Assembly: GCF_006345805.1 (NCBI RefSeq)
Contig: NC_042997.1
Location: 8,308,001 to 8,372,000 of the forward strand
Direction: 5' to 3'
From: Octopus sinensis
Taxonomy: Eukaryota
Length of the DNA stretch: 64,000 bases
Under the pieces are notes generated by a model. The model was given only the letters and a program-made list of their open reading frames with translations, had not been told where the DNA came from and ran no database searches. The position numbers were made by a program, and so were the translations under genes. Positions 38,270 through 52,213 of this stretch are shown piece after piece (within the stretch, counting starts at the first letter, position 1; every line of letters begins with the position of its first letter).

Positions 38270-38500
38270 TTTCTTTATTACCCACAAGGGGCTAAACATA
38301 GAAGAGACAAACAAGGACAGACAAACGGATTAAGTCGATTACATCGACCCCAGTGCGTAACTGGTATTTAATTTATCGACCCCGAAAGGATGAAAGGCAA
38401 AGTCGACCTCGGCGGAATTTGAACTCAGAACGAAACGGCAGACGAAATACGGCAACGCATTTCGCCCGGCGTGCTAACGTTTCTGCCAGCTCGCCGCCTT
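38270..38500 (-). mobile_element. SINE, family S3 (Tx1-like tail subfamily)
   Basis: Near-identical to 57046-57276; B-box-like GAGTTCAAATTCC; central GTCGACTTTGCCTTTCATCCTTTCGGGGTCGATAAATTAA block resembles the MetaSINE core as I recall it (unverified). Confidence 0.9.
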
Positions 38501-40363
38501 TGATGATGCAGAACTATCGTCTACCTCTTAGCCTTTCCTAGATGAATTTGTCAGACAAAATGTCTCTGCCTTCTTTTCGTTATCTCCCTGCTACTTCTTT
38601 CCTTTGAGCAGGAATTACTCCGTTAGTCTTAGAATGTTGGCAAATAATGGAACGTTATTGTTCTTGTTGGTGTTATTGCTGCTTGTTTTGTTTTCCCATT
38701 CCAAATAATGGCTTCAACACCAATATTGTAAAAAAGAAAATATTTAAGGATAAAGTCTGTATGTTTGATTTTTACATTGTTTGGTTTTGTTTTTATTATT
38801 TTCGCTCATTTGGTTCTTTTGAAAGCAATTTCGATGTATGCTTGTTTACGTTATTGAAGCTACAACTATCAGCTCTCTGCCTATTGCCTCTCCTTGTAAT
38901 TCTGATGCGGTCAGCTTGAAACCTGTATAAATGTTGTAAATGGGTCTTTGCCAAAAATATGTAAACAGTTAGTAATGTCTAAAAATGTTTCTTTTGCTGT
39001 AGTTAATGGGGAAAGCTTCAAATAAAACGAAAACCTTACGTTAGTAAAACTAGAACAAGATATTTTTTTCATTAGATTATACTGTCTTCACTTTCTTCTT
39101 TTAGAGAAGTCCATTCATTTCAATAAACGCAATAAAAATAAAATACAGAACCCAGAGAAATGTCATATTTTACAAACGTTATTTCTACTTCGATTAATAA
39201 ATTTATAGATCTCCATAACTTTGTTTCACTATTGTCAATATTTCATTTCTATCTTCGATTTCCTTTAATAGGTAAGGTTCTTGAATGCGTCTCAGTTGAA
39301 CGTTTGCCTTCGGTTTCGTTCCATATTTAAAAATTTCAAAAATACGTTTGATAAACTAATAGAGAATTTTTTTCTTGTTAGTTTTTTTTTATGGATATTT
39401 TTATTACAGACAATATTTTATAGATATCTTTCAGGAAATATTGTACATTTTTTTCTGTCTGATATGAAATTATGTATTGTAACACCAATATTTTTCCAGA
39501 CTACCTTAATGCGTATCTTATAATATTTCACTTTACAATAATAAATTGAAATTGTGTACGCTAGCAAACTAATATATCTGTGTGTGTTTATGTATATATG
39601 TTAGCATATATATTTGTATACGTGCCTCTAGTTATACTCACACACACATGTTTGTGTATGCATAAGTAGAACGTAAAAAATGAAACATACCTATTTAGCA
39701 TGGTAACCATTATATCAATTACTTAAGATGCCATATAAACATAACCAAAATATATTAATCACATTAAAATACTTTTAGATAGCTTTTTACAGCTGTTTCA
39801 AATATTCATAAGCTACTGTAATAGTATTATCACACAAACGAGTAGAAAAATAACACTACAGTTTTGATGGAAAATTATGCACACATAAACATGAGATCTC
39901 TGCAAATCCAAGCCATAGACTTTGACCGAATTTTTACTTTCAGAAGAATTGAGCGGTAATATGCGATACATATAGCTGTAAACCGATATTTAAGAGTATG
40001 AATGCATCAATGAAAGACAAGTGGGGTTAGTGAAATAGGGATACAAGAAAGGTTGTGTGATCGAGAGCGACAAAATGTGCAAAAAGGAAAAGAGAGAGAG
40101 AGAGAGAAACTATAGAACAAAGAATGAATGAAGATAAAGATAGAAAGACATATAGGAGATGAATGGACTATAATTAGTTATAAAGAGTCAAACTAGTGGA
40201 GTCAAGTCAAAAGTCAGAATATGTGGAAAGCAAAGTCGAGGCAAAGTATCTTGCATCGTTCATTAAAAGGAAAGAAATGGAAGAAAGAAACAATTTGTGT
40301 TCCCCTTGGCGAGCTAATACTGCATAAGCATCCAAATACGTAGATTATACAATGTAGTATGTA

Positions 40364-40626
40364 AAAATAATAAATGAATACGCCTTTTTATAGCCTAACC
40401 AGGCTCATGGGCCCGGTTTTCTGGTTTCCATGCTATATGTGTTCCCCAGCTGGATGGGACACCAGTCCATCGCAGCGTTACTCATTTTTGCCATCTGAGT
40501 GGACTGGAGCAACGTGTAATGAAGTGTTTTGCTCAAGAACACAACGCGTCGCCCGGTCCAGGAATCGAAACCACAATCTTACGATCATGATCCTGACACC
40601 CTAACCACTAAACCACGCGCCTCCAT
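40364..40626 (-). mobile_element. SINE S4 with 13-bp TSD
   Basis: AATGTAGTATGTA at 40351-40363 and 40627-40639. Confidence 0.88.
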
Positions 40627-41027
40627 AATGTAGTATGTACGGTAATAATATAAAGAATCACATAATGAAGAGAAACGTTTTAGAATACTGGGGGGAAACG
40701 GTCAATGAAGAGAAATATAACGATAAAAGTAAACTAGGGAATATAAGGAAGTGAGATATGAGAAAATATGCATGAGATAGAATCATGGGCACGGGATGCA
40801 TCCACATCCCCAATGAACTTATTTAAAAGGTGATTTTTTTCTCTAGTTTCAGCTGAGCTGTAACCATGCTGATGCACCGCCGTTAAAGGGAAAGTTGACC
40901 TCAGTGGAATTTGAACTCAGAACATTAAGACAGGTGAAATGTCATGGAGCATTTTGCCTGCCATGCTAATTATTCAGCCAGCTCACCATCTTGATACGTA
41001 TGAAATATAAAAAAAAAGTTATATATA

Positions 41028-41433
41028 GGCGCAGGAGTGGCTGTGTGGTAAGTAGCTTGCTTACCAATCACATGGTTCCGGGTTCAGTCCCACTGCGTGG
41101 CACCTTGGCCAAGTGTCTTCTACTATAACCTCGGGCCGACCAAAGCCTTGTGAGTGGATTTCGTAGACGGAAACTGAAAGAAGCCCGTCGTATATATGTA
41201 TATATATATGTGCGTGTGTGTGTTTGTGTGTCTGTGTTTGTCCCCCTAGCATTGCTTGACAACCGATGCTGGTGTATTTACGTCCCCGTCACTTAGCGGT
41301 TCGGCAAAAGAGACCGATAGAATAAGTACTAGGCTTACAAAGAATAAGTCCCGGGGTCGAGTTGCTCGACTAAAGGCGGTACTCCAGCATGGCCGCAGTC
41401 AACTGACTGAAACAAGTAAAAGAGATAAAAGAG
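41028..41433 (+). mobile_element. SINE S2, full length
   Basis: GGCGCAGGAGTGGCTGTGTGGTAAG...GGGTTCAGTCCC tRNA-like head; internal (AT)/(GT) tract; tail GAAACAAGTAAAAGAG. Confidence 0.92.
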
Positions 41434-41872
41434 ATATAACACACTATTGTTGTCATCCCTAGGAACAAATTTAATTTTCTTCTTACATTTAGTCCCCCAT
41501 CATTTTGAACACAACGGCATTGTGCTTATTTAGCAGTTACAAATCAACCTACTGTTGCTGACCCAAAAACTTTCAAACAGACAGCCACTTTCATCTGATT
41601 AAATAAACACTTTTCTAATTAGACATTTTTTTCATTCAACAACACTGCACTTGTTTAGATATTTTTACGTGATCGTGCAGCACATTGTTTACAAATTCAT
41701 TAACAATTTCCTATTGTTCTACAGCTTTGTTTACGAAAACAAATACGAAATTTTCAAGCTGTGAACAAAATTACTGTTATCACTACGGTAATACTAACTA
41801 CAACTGTTTTAAAATTGGTAAGCAGTAAGTTTAAAACTGTTTTCCTTTTGGCTGCCGACTAAGCTCCATATT

Positions 41873-42258
41873 GTGGGGTCGCAATGGACCAGTGGTTAGG
41901 GCAGCGGACACGCGGTCGTAGGATCGCGGTTTCGATTCCCAGACCGGGCATTGTGAGTGTTTATTGAGCGAAAACACCTAAAGCTTCACAAGGCTCCTGC
42001 AGGGGGTGGTGGTGAACCCTGCTGTACTCTTTCACCACAACTTTCGCTCACTCTTTCTTCCTGTTTCTGTTGTACCTGTATTTCAAAGGGTCAGCCTTGT
42101 CACACTCTGTGTCACGCTGAATCTCCTCGAGAACTACTTTAAGGGTACACGTGTCTGTGGAGTGCTCAGCCACTTGCACGTTAATTCCACGAGAAAGCTG
42201 TTCCGTTGATCGTATCAGCTGGGACCCTCATCGTCGTAACCGACGGAGTGCTCCTATA
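41873..42258 (+). mobile_element. SINE S1, full length with 13-bp TSD
   Basis: TAAGCTCCATATT at 41860-41872 and 42259-42271; A box TGGACCAGTGG, B box GGTTTCGATTCCC. Confidence 0.93.
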
Positions 42259-42745
42259 TAAGCTCCATATTATTAATTCTGAAGACGATTTTTCCTTCTT
42301 TGCCATCGGTTCGCTTCTGCCAGATATAATAGTTTCAGATTCGATGTACATACTGCATCAGTCATACAGCAAATAATTGTACCGACGTAGTGTACAGCTA
42401 TTTCTTATATATGGCAACTCAAGGAAAGAAAATATAAGCTGTAGAATCGTATGTTACAGAATTCAAGGAAGGAAAAATAAGAAACACCAAAATCATTCGA
42501 TTTACGGTTTTAAATCCTTATCGACGAGAGCAGAATATATTTCAATCGGGTTTTATTTTCTTATTCCGTGTATTTTACATTTAAATTAGTTTTAATCACC
42601 CTGCGTTATATCACTGCTTTAAGCATATATTTTCCTAAATAACACCTAACACAAATGATTTCTTTTGCCCTCAAGTTGATTTATTCTCTCATCAATCCAA
42701 TCTTGATACCTTCTAGACACACACACGAACAAACACACACACATA

Positions 42746-42801
<56 letters not shown>

Positions 42802-45275
42802 GATGTGAAATCAGACACAATACACATTGCAACTTTGCTATGCAGCTGAGCAGCATCGAGCTTTTTACACTAGAATTTTCCTGTTTTCACCGCTATTCAT
42901 GCAGTTTAGTTGCCATTTCAACTAACATTATCAGAAGAGGTTTATTTTTGTTAGAAATGAATATGTAAGCTACATTACCTTCATTATTATTGCTATCAAT
43001 GTCAATTGTCAAAGAAATTATATGAATATGTATACACAACTGTTTGGTGTCTTGTCTTAGCAAATCTTTACATTTAATTTACAAACACTCACTTCCTCGT
43101 TTTACAATTAAATAGTCTTACAAGCCATAACCTTATATGCATCAATTCTTACACTATTAATCTTGCTACTTACAACTGTGTTTTACTTAGACCTATGGTG
43201 ATGATAATCACCGAAATGAATTCGTTTACACGGAGAAGTTAATCATTTTGCTATGCCAAGGTTAATTTAATTACCATTGTTTGAAAGTATCATTTTGAAT
43301 TGATCTTCTTCATATTGTTATTTTACGCTTCATATTGCTCATTGTTTACATGGCTGCGTGGATTTGCCTCAGCTTATTTTTGCTTATTTTCCTATTTTAT
43401 AATTTGCAACAGCAGCAGACTAAACGCTAATCAATACTTCTAACTTGGAAAGGATCCTACATTTATACTAATCTAGTCATATGGGAAAACAGATGTACAA
43501 TTTAACCATTTCTCTTTTCTTTCATATAATCCCTTTTAAAGGGGCCCGTATTCAGAGTGTAATGCAGTAGGTGTGAAACCTCCTCTATCAATGCAGCCTT
43601 ACAGTTACGTCGTGATTCCCAGGGCTTCGCTAGTACTAAAGATCTTATCGAACTGGAAAAAGGAAAGGCAAAGCTCACCTTGAAGGATTTTGATTTCAGA
43701 AAGAAATAAACAGGAACTTATTCCACAAGGCACATTCTCTGACGTTTTACAATTCTGCCAATCCACAGTACTCTACAATATAATATGAATAACCTTTATA
43801 TGCATAATAAAAGATTATGGAAAACAAATTATTGCTTTATATGAATTCACAGAATTTGTTCTGGCCATTTATTTCTTTGTTCTTGCCTATATTGTTTTTG
43901 TTTGGGAAAATTATAACTAATTGAAATCGATCCAAATTATTACTAATTCATATTCAATTCTGTAATGATAAATCTAGTCTGACAAAATTTGAACTTAAAA
44001 TACAGAGAGAAGAACAATGCTTAATTGAGGAAAGGTATTTCCGCCATCTCTTTCAGCAACATCACTTAAATAAAATCTTAGTTTCGGTTTGTTAACAGTT
44101 TAGAAGATTTTAAAACAAAGTTTGAAAACAGTGTAATTTTACTTTATTTTCAATAACTTGAAAATGCACACAAACTCACTAAGTGGTTCATTGCTTGCTG
44201 AGCTGTTATGAACATGTCTGCAGTTTAGCAAACTGACATTTAGATTTATGCAGATATTATGTTATGTATAGAACAAATGATGCAGCCTCAAGATAATTTA
44301 GATGAATAAAGTCGTTGGTGGTTTATTTGTCAAGCAAACATACATGACAATAAAAATGGTATGACCCTGAAACTAACTGTCATGAAATAAAAATAAAAAT
44401 AAAAATATAACAGTATATGAAAAAATGCACATTTAGAGAGAAAGACCAAAAAATCAATATGCACTTACACTATTCAAGATACACAGGAAAGAGTTGGAAG
44501 AAATTCAATAATATGCAAGGAAATACTGAAAAGATGTAGTGACATTTCTGGCAGGCTGACATTACACCTAAACATCAAGTTGTCAAAGTTCGCTATCCCT
44601 TGTCTGAGAGGAAGAGAACATTGGGTTGGGATTGGTATTAGACATTCTTGAGATTTGTGCATGAGAAAATAATGGATGATAAAAAAATCAAGTGGTGAGT
44701 AAATGTAGTGGACACAGGTTCAAATCAAGAATAGCTTGCTCTAACATAACGAACACTATTCATGGTTCGTGTAGAATTTGTCAAGATCTACACTGCAATG
44801 CTAGGAAGAAAATATAGGATAATTTAAGAGTGATGTTTTTACTTCCAAGTATCAAAATATCCTACATCAATTTCAGTAGTTAAATGCCCAGGTGATGTTT
44901 GCATTACTAATATTTTGTCCGAAATGTGGTCATGCCTTAAAGCAACTACTATTTCTCTTTCCTAAATTCTATCCATTACAATGTGTCCGTTCGAAAGTGT
45001 GGATAGTTTCCCTATCACATAAGCACTGCAGAAATACATAAACGTGCTAAGTTTTCTTCGTCTCCTTACAAAAACAAAACTGTGGAATAAGGATATTTTG
45101 ATTAAGGTTTTTGGAAAGACATGAACACTTAGAGAGTTATTTAGTGTAAACAACTAGAAAGAATATTTATTGCTTATCACTTGAAAACTATGAAGCCACA
45201 ACTACCAATGCACGTATACACTATCCTTACTTTTTAGTTCATCTACTGTTTATTGATACAATACTACTGCTGATA

Positions 45276-46540
45276 CAGGGTGACTGAGGAGTCGCAATTT
45301 TTGATAATTCTTTTATTTTTGATTATTTCCTTTTTTCAGGGATTTTATGGACTAGATCCTGGAAATCAATTATAGAAAAATATGGCACCACACAACACAC
45401 CCAAGTGGCGAAATTGTTCTATCAAAATCAGAGGTTAATCAATCAAACCCAGAGATCATATCGTACTTTGAAGTGAAAGATAGAACTTACTTCATCGCTT
45501 TGAAAAACAAGGGAAAGTAAGTGAACTCCCACGACCTAGGATACCTCGCACTGTCAGAACCCATGAGGCAAGGGAACGTGTACGCGAGTGTATTGAACAG
45601 AATCCATGCAAATCAACTAGAAGACAGTCCAGAAAGTTTGAGATTTTCTTGAACTTCGCTGCAAAGGTACAAATAGTTCAATACAAGGTGCAGTACATTT
45701 GTTTCAACGGTTGAAGCCCCAGGGCTATGAACACAGGCTTCAATACGAGGTTAGAATCCAGAAATAAGCACGAAATTATCCAAATTTTGCATACAAATTG
45801 ATCGTGTCTGATGTAGCTCACTTTCATTTAAATGGTTTTATCAACAGGCAAAATTTCCGGGTTTGGAGCTCTGAGAATCTGAGAGTAGTACACCAAAGAG
45901 AATTTCACCCCATAAAGTGAACAGTATGGTGTGCAATTACAGCGGATGAGATAATCAGGCCTCATTTCCTTGAAGACGACCATGGAAATGCTGTCACTCT
46001 GACTGGTGAGCAGTACAGGTCCATGATCGAGACTTTTTGCACCTGACCATTCGAAAAAGGCCCGGTGTGTTGTTCCAAAAAGATGGGGAAACTTCTCATA
46101 CGGCAAGAGAGACAATACAGTTGCTGAGGCATTAATTTGGAGAGAAAAAACCATCTCTCGCTACTGCGATATCAGCTGGCCATCACGTTTCCCAGACTTG
46201 ACCAGACCTGACTTTTTCTTGTGAAGGTACCTCAACAAACCAGAAACCCTGCAGCAATTCAAGGAGAATATCACTAGAGAAATCGGGGAACTGGACCCTG
46301 AAACGCTTACAGCTGTCATCGAACAAATTTTGGAAAAGGTAGGAATGTGTCAAGCTGAAAATGGGCGTCATTTAAAAGAAGTCATTTTCCATACGTAATA
46401 CAGAGGTATGATGAAAAAGGACTAATGCAAATTAATTTCCATTATCTCCTCTATATAAAAATAAAATTCCATACACCTATTTCAAAAAATAAGGGAGTTA
46501 TTAAAAATTGAAACCCCTCAGTGAATTTTAGAACACCCTG
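45276..46540 (+). mobile_element. Decayed IS630-Tc1-mariner transposon, probably DD41D (rosa)-type
   Basis: TA-flanked CAGGGTG...CACCCTG; ~60-bp TIRs; relic motifs RFEKQGKVSELPRPR, FQKDGETSHTARET, WPSRFPDLTRPDFFL; stops and frameshifts. Confidence 0.85.
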
Positions 46541-47088
46541 TACATAAACTTAATCATTTATCTCCAACAGAAGCAAATTTCAGATATAAGTTAGAACTAT
46601 AAATTATTTGTCGTATAGGTTTAAATTGTAAACATTGTTCTGCCAGATATATCATGAAATATCCTCCAAATGTTATCTACCTATTTTCTTTTAGACACAG
46701 AACATATTCAGGACAATATGATCCAATTTGTTCTTTGGATATGTGATTTGGAAGAGTATCTGGCTGATATACCTTGCTGAAAGAGGAAACACATAAAAGC
46801 TTACCTTGTCTTTTAATTATCATTGTTGCTGTTGTTGTTATTTCTTTACCAAGTGCTTACGATAATATTATGTACATTTAGAAAGCGATGCTTTCCTTAC
46901 ATAAAAGGAGCTTTCCCAGCACTAAGAAGATCTTACATATAAGTCATTTCGTTTCTGAAAAGGTTCTATCTGAATACATTGAGCTTTTTTGGCTCCTTTA
47001 ATTACCCCTATTGTTGTTGCTGTTCTTCCTTTTTCTTTACCAAGGGCTTACTTTAATGTGATTGAGGTGAGATTTTACTTTAATATAA

Positions 47089-47480
47089 ACTAGCAGTATC
47101 GCCCGGCGTTGCTCGGGTTTGTTTCGACCCTTTAGAATTGGAATTTTTGAAAAGTCAAGATTTTTCATTATGCAGCTTGTTATTCTCTTTAAGGGAACAT
47201 TTTTCTAGTTGAAATACACCGAAAAATGGCGACACAGCAGTCAAAAAATCGTAAAAAGTAGGGATTTTCATACAAAAAAAGCACCTTTTTGATGTAAATA
47301 ACTTTTGGTCTTAACATGGTCCGATTTGAATTTTATCTTCTAGGAAATAAAAAGCAAGCTTTCTTCTATCATACTCTCAAATTTGGTCAACTTGCACCGC
47401 AGGGTCTCGGGGGAGGTAGTGTTAGTTGAAAGCTACCAAACCTGCCATACACAGACAACTTCAGCTTTATATATTTAGAT
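47089..47480 (+). mobile_element. HINE/Lep1-like element
   Basis: 5' ACTAGCAGTATCGCCCGGCGTTGCTCGGG; 3' CAGACAACTTCAGCTTTATATATTTAGAT. Confidence 0.7.
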
Positions 47481-47684
47481 TACAATTTATAAAAAAGAAA
47501 ACATTTCCACTCGTAAGTAGATGCGACATTTTTTCTTTTTTTTTAAGGAGAACCTATGTAGTTTTGCAATGAAATTTTCTCTCTGCGTTCAGAAATATTG
47601 TGACATTTAACATCGTGAGCTGAAATGCGATACGAAATGCGAACTGATACTAGCTACAAAAGATACGCTTGCACACGAGGAAAT

Positions 47685-48076
47685 ATCTTCTTTATATATA
47701 AAAGTCAAGTTGTGTGTCTGTCTCCTACGATTTAGATTCCTAACTACTCCCACATTTTGCGGTGCAGTTTAACCAAAAGCGGGTATCTTATAGTCGTGAT
47801 TCATATCGAGCCCTTCTGGGTATTTGCGCGCGTCTACGATGAGTCTACGATTTTAAAAAAAAATTACCATCATTTTTTCCATTTTAATGCATTTTTTCGC
47901 TATTATATAAGGGAAGTAACTCTCTAAAAATGTCTACGATAAGTCAACGATTTTTAAAAAAATTTACCATCATTTGTTTTCCATTTTTAATGCATTTTTT
48001 TGCTATTTTTGGCTATAACTCTCTTATATAGTTATTTCCCTTACAAACCCGAGCAACGCCGGGCGATACTGCTAGT
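47685..48076 (-). mobile_element. HINE/Lep1-like element, second subfamily with internal tandem duplication
   Basis: Same 5' terminus on the minus strand; different body; repeated GTCTACGAT...TTACCATCAT...AATGCATTTTTT units near 47833 and 47932. Confidence 0.7.
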
Positions 48077-48289
48077 TTAAAATAAAAACACGTTCATTAC
48101 ATTGTAGCAGGCAATAGGGACTTATAACAAGTAAGGCCTGGAATAAGGCATTCATCAGATGTTAGTAAAATAGTCTTTCTAGACCTTGTAATAAAGGGAC
48201 GTGATATAAGCGCTGCTGGTCTTCTTTATTTTCTTATTTAAAAAGTAGCATGTAACGACTAGGCATTAAGTTTCAGAGGGCATTCATGA

Positions 48290-48435
48290 TGTTGATGATG
48301 ATGATGATGATGATGATGGCGATGACAACGACGACGACGGCGACGACAACGACGACGACGGCGACGACGGCGACGACGACGACGATGATGATGATGATGA
48401 TGATCAGATGATACTGACGGCGGCGGCGGCGGTGA
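48290..48435. repeat. Compound (GAT)/(GAC)/(GGC) trinucleotide tract
   Basis: Direct reading. Confidence 0.9.
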
Positions 48436-49485
48436 AGTAGTGCCTCTTTGAAGCTATTCTAAAATGTTTATTTTATTTTTGCATACTACTATTCGGAACA
48501 CTCAATCATTCTAGACCAACAATTATTCGCCCATATATAGAGAGATAAATTCACTTACATATATACAGATTTCCTACAATCAGACTTGAAAACACAGGTA
48601 TCAGTCTATCAGAATATACTATATGCTTACAGATGAGAAAAGATCAACTGTATTGTAATATTAAACACATTTTATCTAATGGTAGTATATTTTGTGGTTT
48701 GTATTATTGTATTTCAGTCAGCGAATATATTAACAGTGATCATGGTGCAGTCAATTTAAATATTGCTTTAAGTAAGAATGAATGATCAGTCAAGCAATAC
48801 GTCTATAACACAATTTACATATTAGCATTGCAGCTAGTTTTAAAACACTTTTGGAACAATCTAGAATATTAGTATTAGCAATTTCTGTAAAAGTAGAAAT
48901 ATTTTCATCACCTCACATTTAAAAAGTTCATAGTGTAATATAGTGAGACAAAGTAAACAAAAAAAGCTAATATCATGTTGAAATCAATAAAAACTATAGT
49001 CTATAATGTCCCCCATGTTAGAAACTGAGGAAATGAGCTCCACGTAGTGTAAGTACCACTATAAACCCACACTTATTCTGCTTATTAATATCAAATGCTG
49101 ATAGGAAGAAAAAACAGCACATAAAATACGGGACAGGCTCTCAAACTAAAATTAGATCATAGTTGAAAAATCATCAAAAATGTAACAAAACCAGGTTGAT
49201 ATAGCCTTTACCTGGATACTTCACCCGCTAGAATTGAAAGTAAAATCATCTTCAAATCACAGCGTGCTGTTTTAAAATCAAAACATATGTCAGAACAAGT
49301 TATGTCTGTGAATTTGAACGAAGGTGTAATGTTTTTTGAAGCTGCAATACTGCAACTAGATTTTGAAATATCGGAAGTCACAAAAGAGTTGGTTAAAACT
49401 GGGTGTTTCTAGACAGATAAAATGGGGTTGTATGTCACGACAGAAAAGTAGGGAAAACATGAAATGTTTGATTATATGACAAATG

Positions 49486-49551
<66 letters not shown>

Positions 49552-50343
49552 TCTCTTTCTCTCTCTGTATTTATTTATTTCTCTCTGTCTCTCCCTTCTC
49601 ACTGCTTATTTTTTCTCTTTTGCTATTTTCCATCTTATTTATTCATATCCACCGTTTATTTGAAAACTATCCTTGTCAGTCATCATCTTTGAATCTATCT
49701 GAACAAATATTTTTTTAATGAGAACATTTAAATTGTAATGTCCATATTTGGTTAAAGCACAATGAAAGTTGTTAAGTAATATCAACATACATTAAATACA
49801 AAATATATGTATTTATGAATATTTAATTTAATATAGGGTTAGAAATTTATTACAGGTTAACGACCACTGATTGTCATTAAGAAAATATCGTTTTAAGGCG
49901 TACAAAAATGTAAGCAACATAGTTTTGGATGTTCTTTGCATTCTAATGTACTTCAATGTAAAGAATATTAATATTGCATGTGAAAGAAATAAACGTTCTT
50001 GTTGAGCTCATATCATTTTTCATTTATATGTTTCAATCATCTGCCTGTAGCCATGCTGGTGTCTTGAACAGTTTAGTTGAACAAATCGACGCTAGTACTT
50101 ATCTTTTAAGCTAAGCCTGTTACTTATTCTATCAGTCTCTCTTGTTGAACAACTAATTTGCGAGAGCGTAAACAAACCAACACCGGTTGTCAAGCAGTGA
50201 ACACATACATACACAAACACACACTGATGTGTGTGTGTATGCAATATATTTTTTTATAACAAACTCACTGACTACTCACGACACCAGCGCTTGTTATGGC
50301 ATTGTTATTTTATCGCTGACGGGGAGATACATGTGATTTTATA

Positions 50344-51090
50344 TATCGCTGACGGGGAGATAAATGTACAGAACTTCATGCATCGCATGCAATTCTCTGG
50401 ATATGATCAGAAAGATAGGGTTCGAGTATACAGAGGTGCTAGAAAGAAGTTAGATAACATTATATGTAATGAAACCAGTGGTACCTACCCTAGATATAGA
50501 AGCAACGACTGGAATATAACACAAAGAGATTGTGACAAAGCAAACGGGGTGAACAAGTGGTATAAAACCGACAAATATCAAGGAGCGATAGTTGTGGAGG
50601 CCACAGACCATGGAGAACTAGCCCGTAGATTTAGGAAAGCTCTAAAGGAGACCAAACTCAACATTAAGATTGTTGAAAAGCCAGGAAACTTCATCAGATC
50701 ACAACTATGTAGGACGTACACCTTTGAGAATACCATATACACCTATGATAACTGCATTGTATGTAGAATTAACCCTGGCATTGACTGTAGAACTAGAAAT
50801 ATAGTCTACAGCATAAGATTCATAGAAGGTGCTTACAAAGACATGAACATGATATACATAAAAGAGACACCTCTAGGAACATTGCGGAAAGACTACATGA
50901 ACATTTGAGACAGTATGACGACATAAAACAGTCCTCCGTAGTCTATACCAACATGACAAGGACTTACATGGAGACAACATGGGTCAACTTGACATCCGCA
51001 TTTTATCCAAGCATCCAAAGGACCCAACCCTCAAACAAATAGATGAGTACGTCCTCATAAATGAACCATCTCCAGTACTAAATAGGAAAT
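50344..51090 (+). mobile_element. Penelope-like element 3' fragment (RT thumb, Cys linker, GIY-YIG endonuclease), Naiad-like, decayed
   Basis: FMHRMQFSGYDQKDR...KIVEKPG...NCIVCR...DCRTRNIVYSI...IYIKET; after frameshifts SRNIAERLHEHLRQY and DPTLKQIDEYVLINEPSPVLNRK. Confidence 0.8.
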
Positions 51091-51922
51091 ATACGTAGTA
51101 CTAAACAAGAAACATACGTATCAAACCCCCATACCCGCAGTTTATATTTATATACAGGTAGAATAGTTAGTGGGCTGTTAGGTAGATGTATGTATATGTG
51201 TGTGTGTGTGTGTATGTATAAGTATATGTATATGCACATGTATGTAGGCAAATGGATATGAATGTAAACAGATAGGCATACAAACGGATAGGTACATAGG
51301 TAATATGAACAGATCAGCACACATATACACACAATACACACACATACGCAAATGAAGACTGAAACACATGGTCATATGCACACACACTTCACTTTACACA
51401 AGGACATGTATGGAGACACACATCGACAAATATGGCGATACACATTCTTACGTACAGACACAGTACGTAGTCGCAAAAGCCCATACACACAGACAAGGAG
51501 ACGGTAGTACACACACACACATAAAACACACAAACATATGAATATGCAGAATACATATATACAAACGTACATACATATATATATATATATATATACGCAC
51601 ACACACATACATACATGCATACACACACTTACATGCATACACAAGTACATACATTAAGCACACACACACTTATCCACACACATGCGCACAAACAAACAAA
51701 AAGAACGCAGCTCGGATAACGCACAGAGTCAACGACTATTGAAAAGGTTGCAAGATGCAACGAAGATTTTAAGAAAAATAAATAAGTAAATAAGCGGAAA
51801 CTTTACCGGTGAGTGTGTTAAATAATAAGACACTAAAGGAGAATGACTCTACCCATGCACAACAAAATGTGCTTCAACACATGAACTCACATAAAGAATC
51901 TTGCAAACCAAATCCCAAAACG

Positions 51923-51955
<33 letters not shown>

Positions 51956-52077
51956 GCAATTAAGGACAACTACTTAATAAGGAAAACTTAACAAGAAATT
52001 GTCAGGTAGATAGCGTAAAAACCTCATAAGAGAAAAAATTTCGAAAATAATTATTTCTTATTGAACATATTAATTTA

Positions 52078-52213
52078 TATATAGAGGGCATTATACATAC
52101 ATGCCAAACGCTAATAGGGACAATTAGTCATTTCTACCAATTGGTAGAAATTGTCCCTCTTAGCGTTTGGCATGTATGTATAATGCCTTCTGGCATGTAT
52201 GTATAATGCCCTC

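Noticed and set aside
42280-42320. CUGAAGA-CGAU...AUCG-G hairpin
   Set aside because: Followed by GUUC instead of GAAA
51735-51770. GTTGCA-AGA-TGCAAC hairpin downstream of the PLE fragment as a hammerhead stem II
   Set aside because: Flanking core reads CTATTGA and GAAG; too degenerate to call
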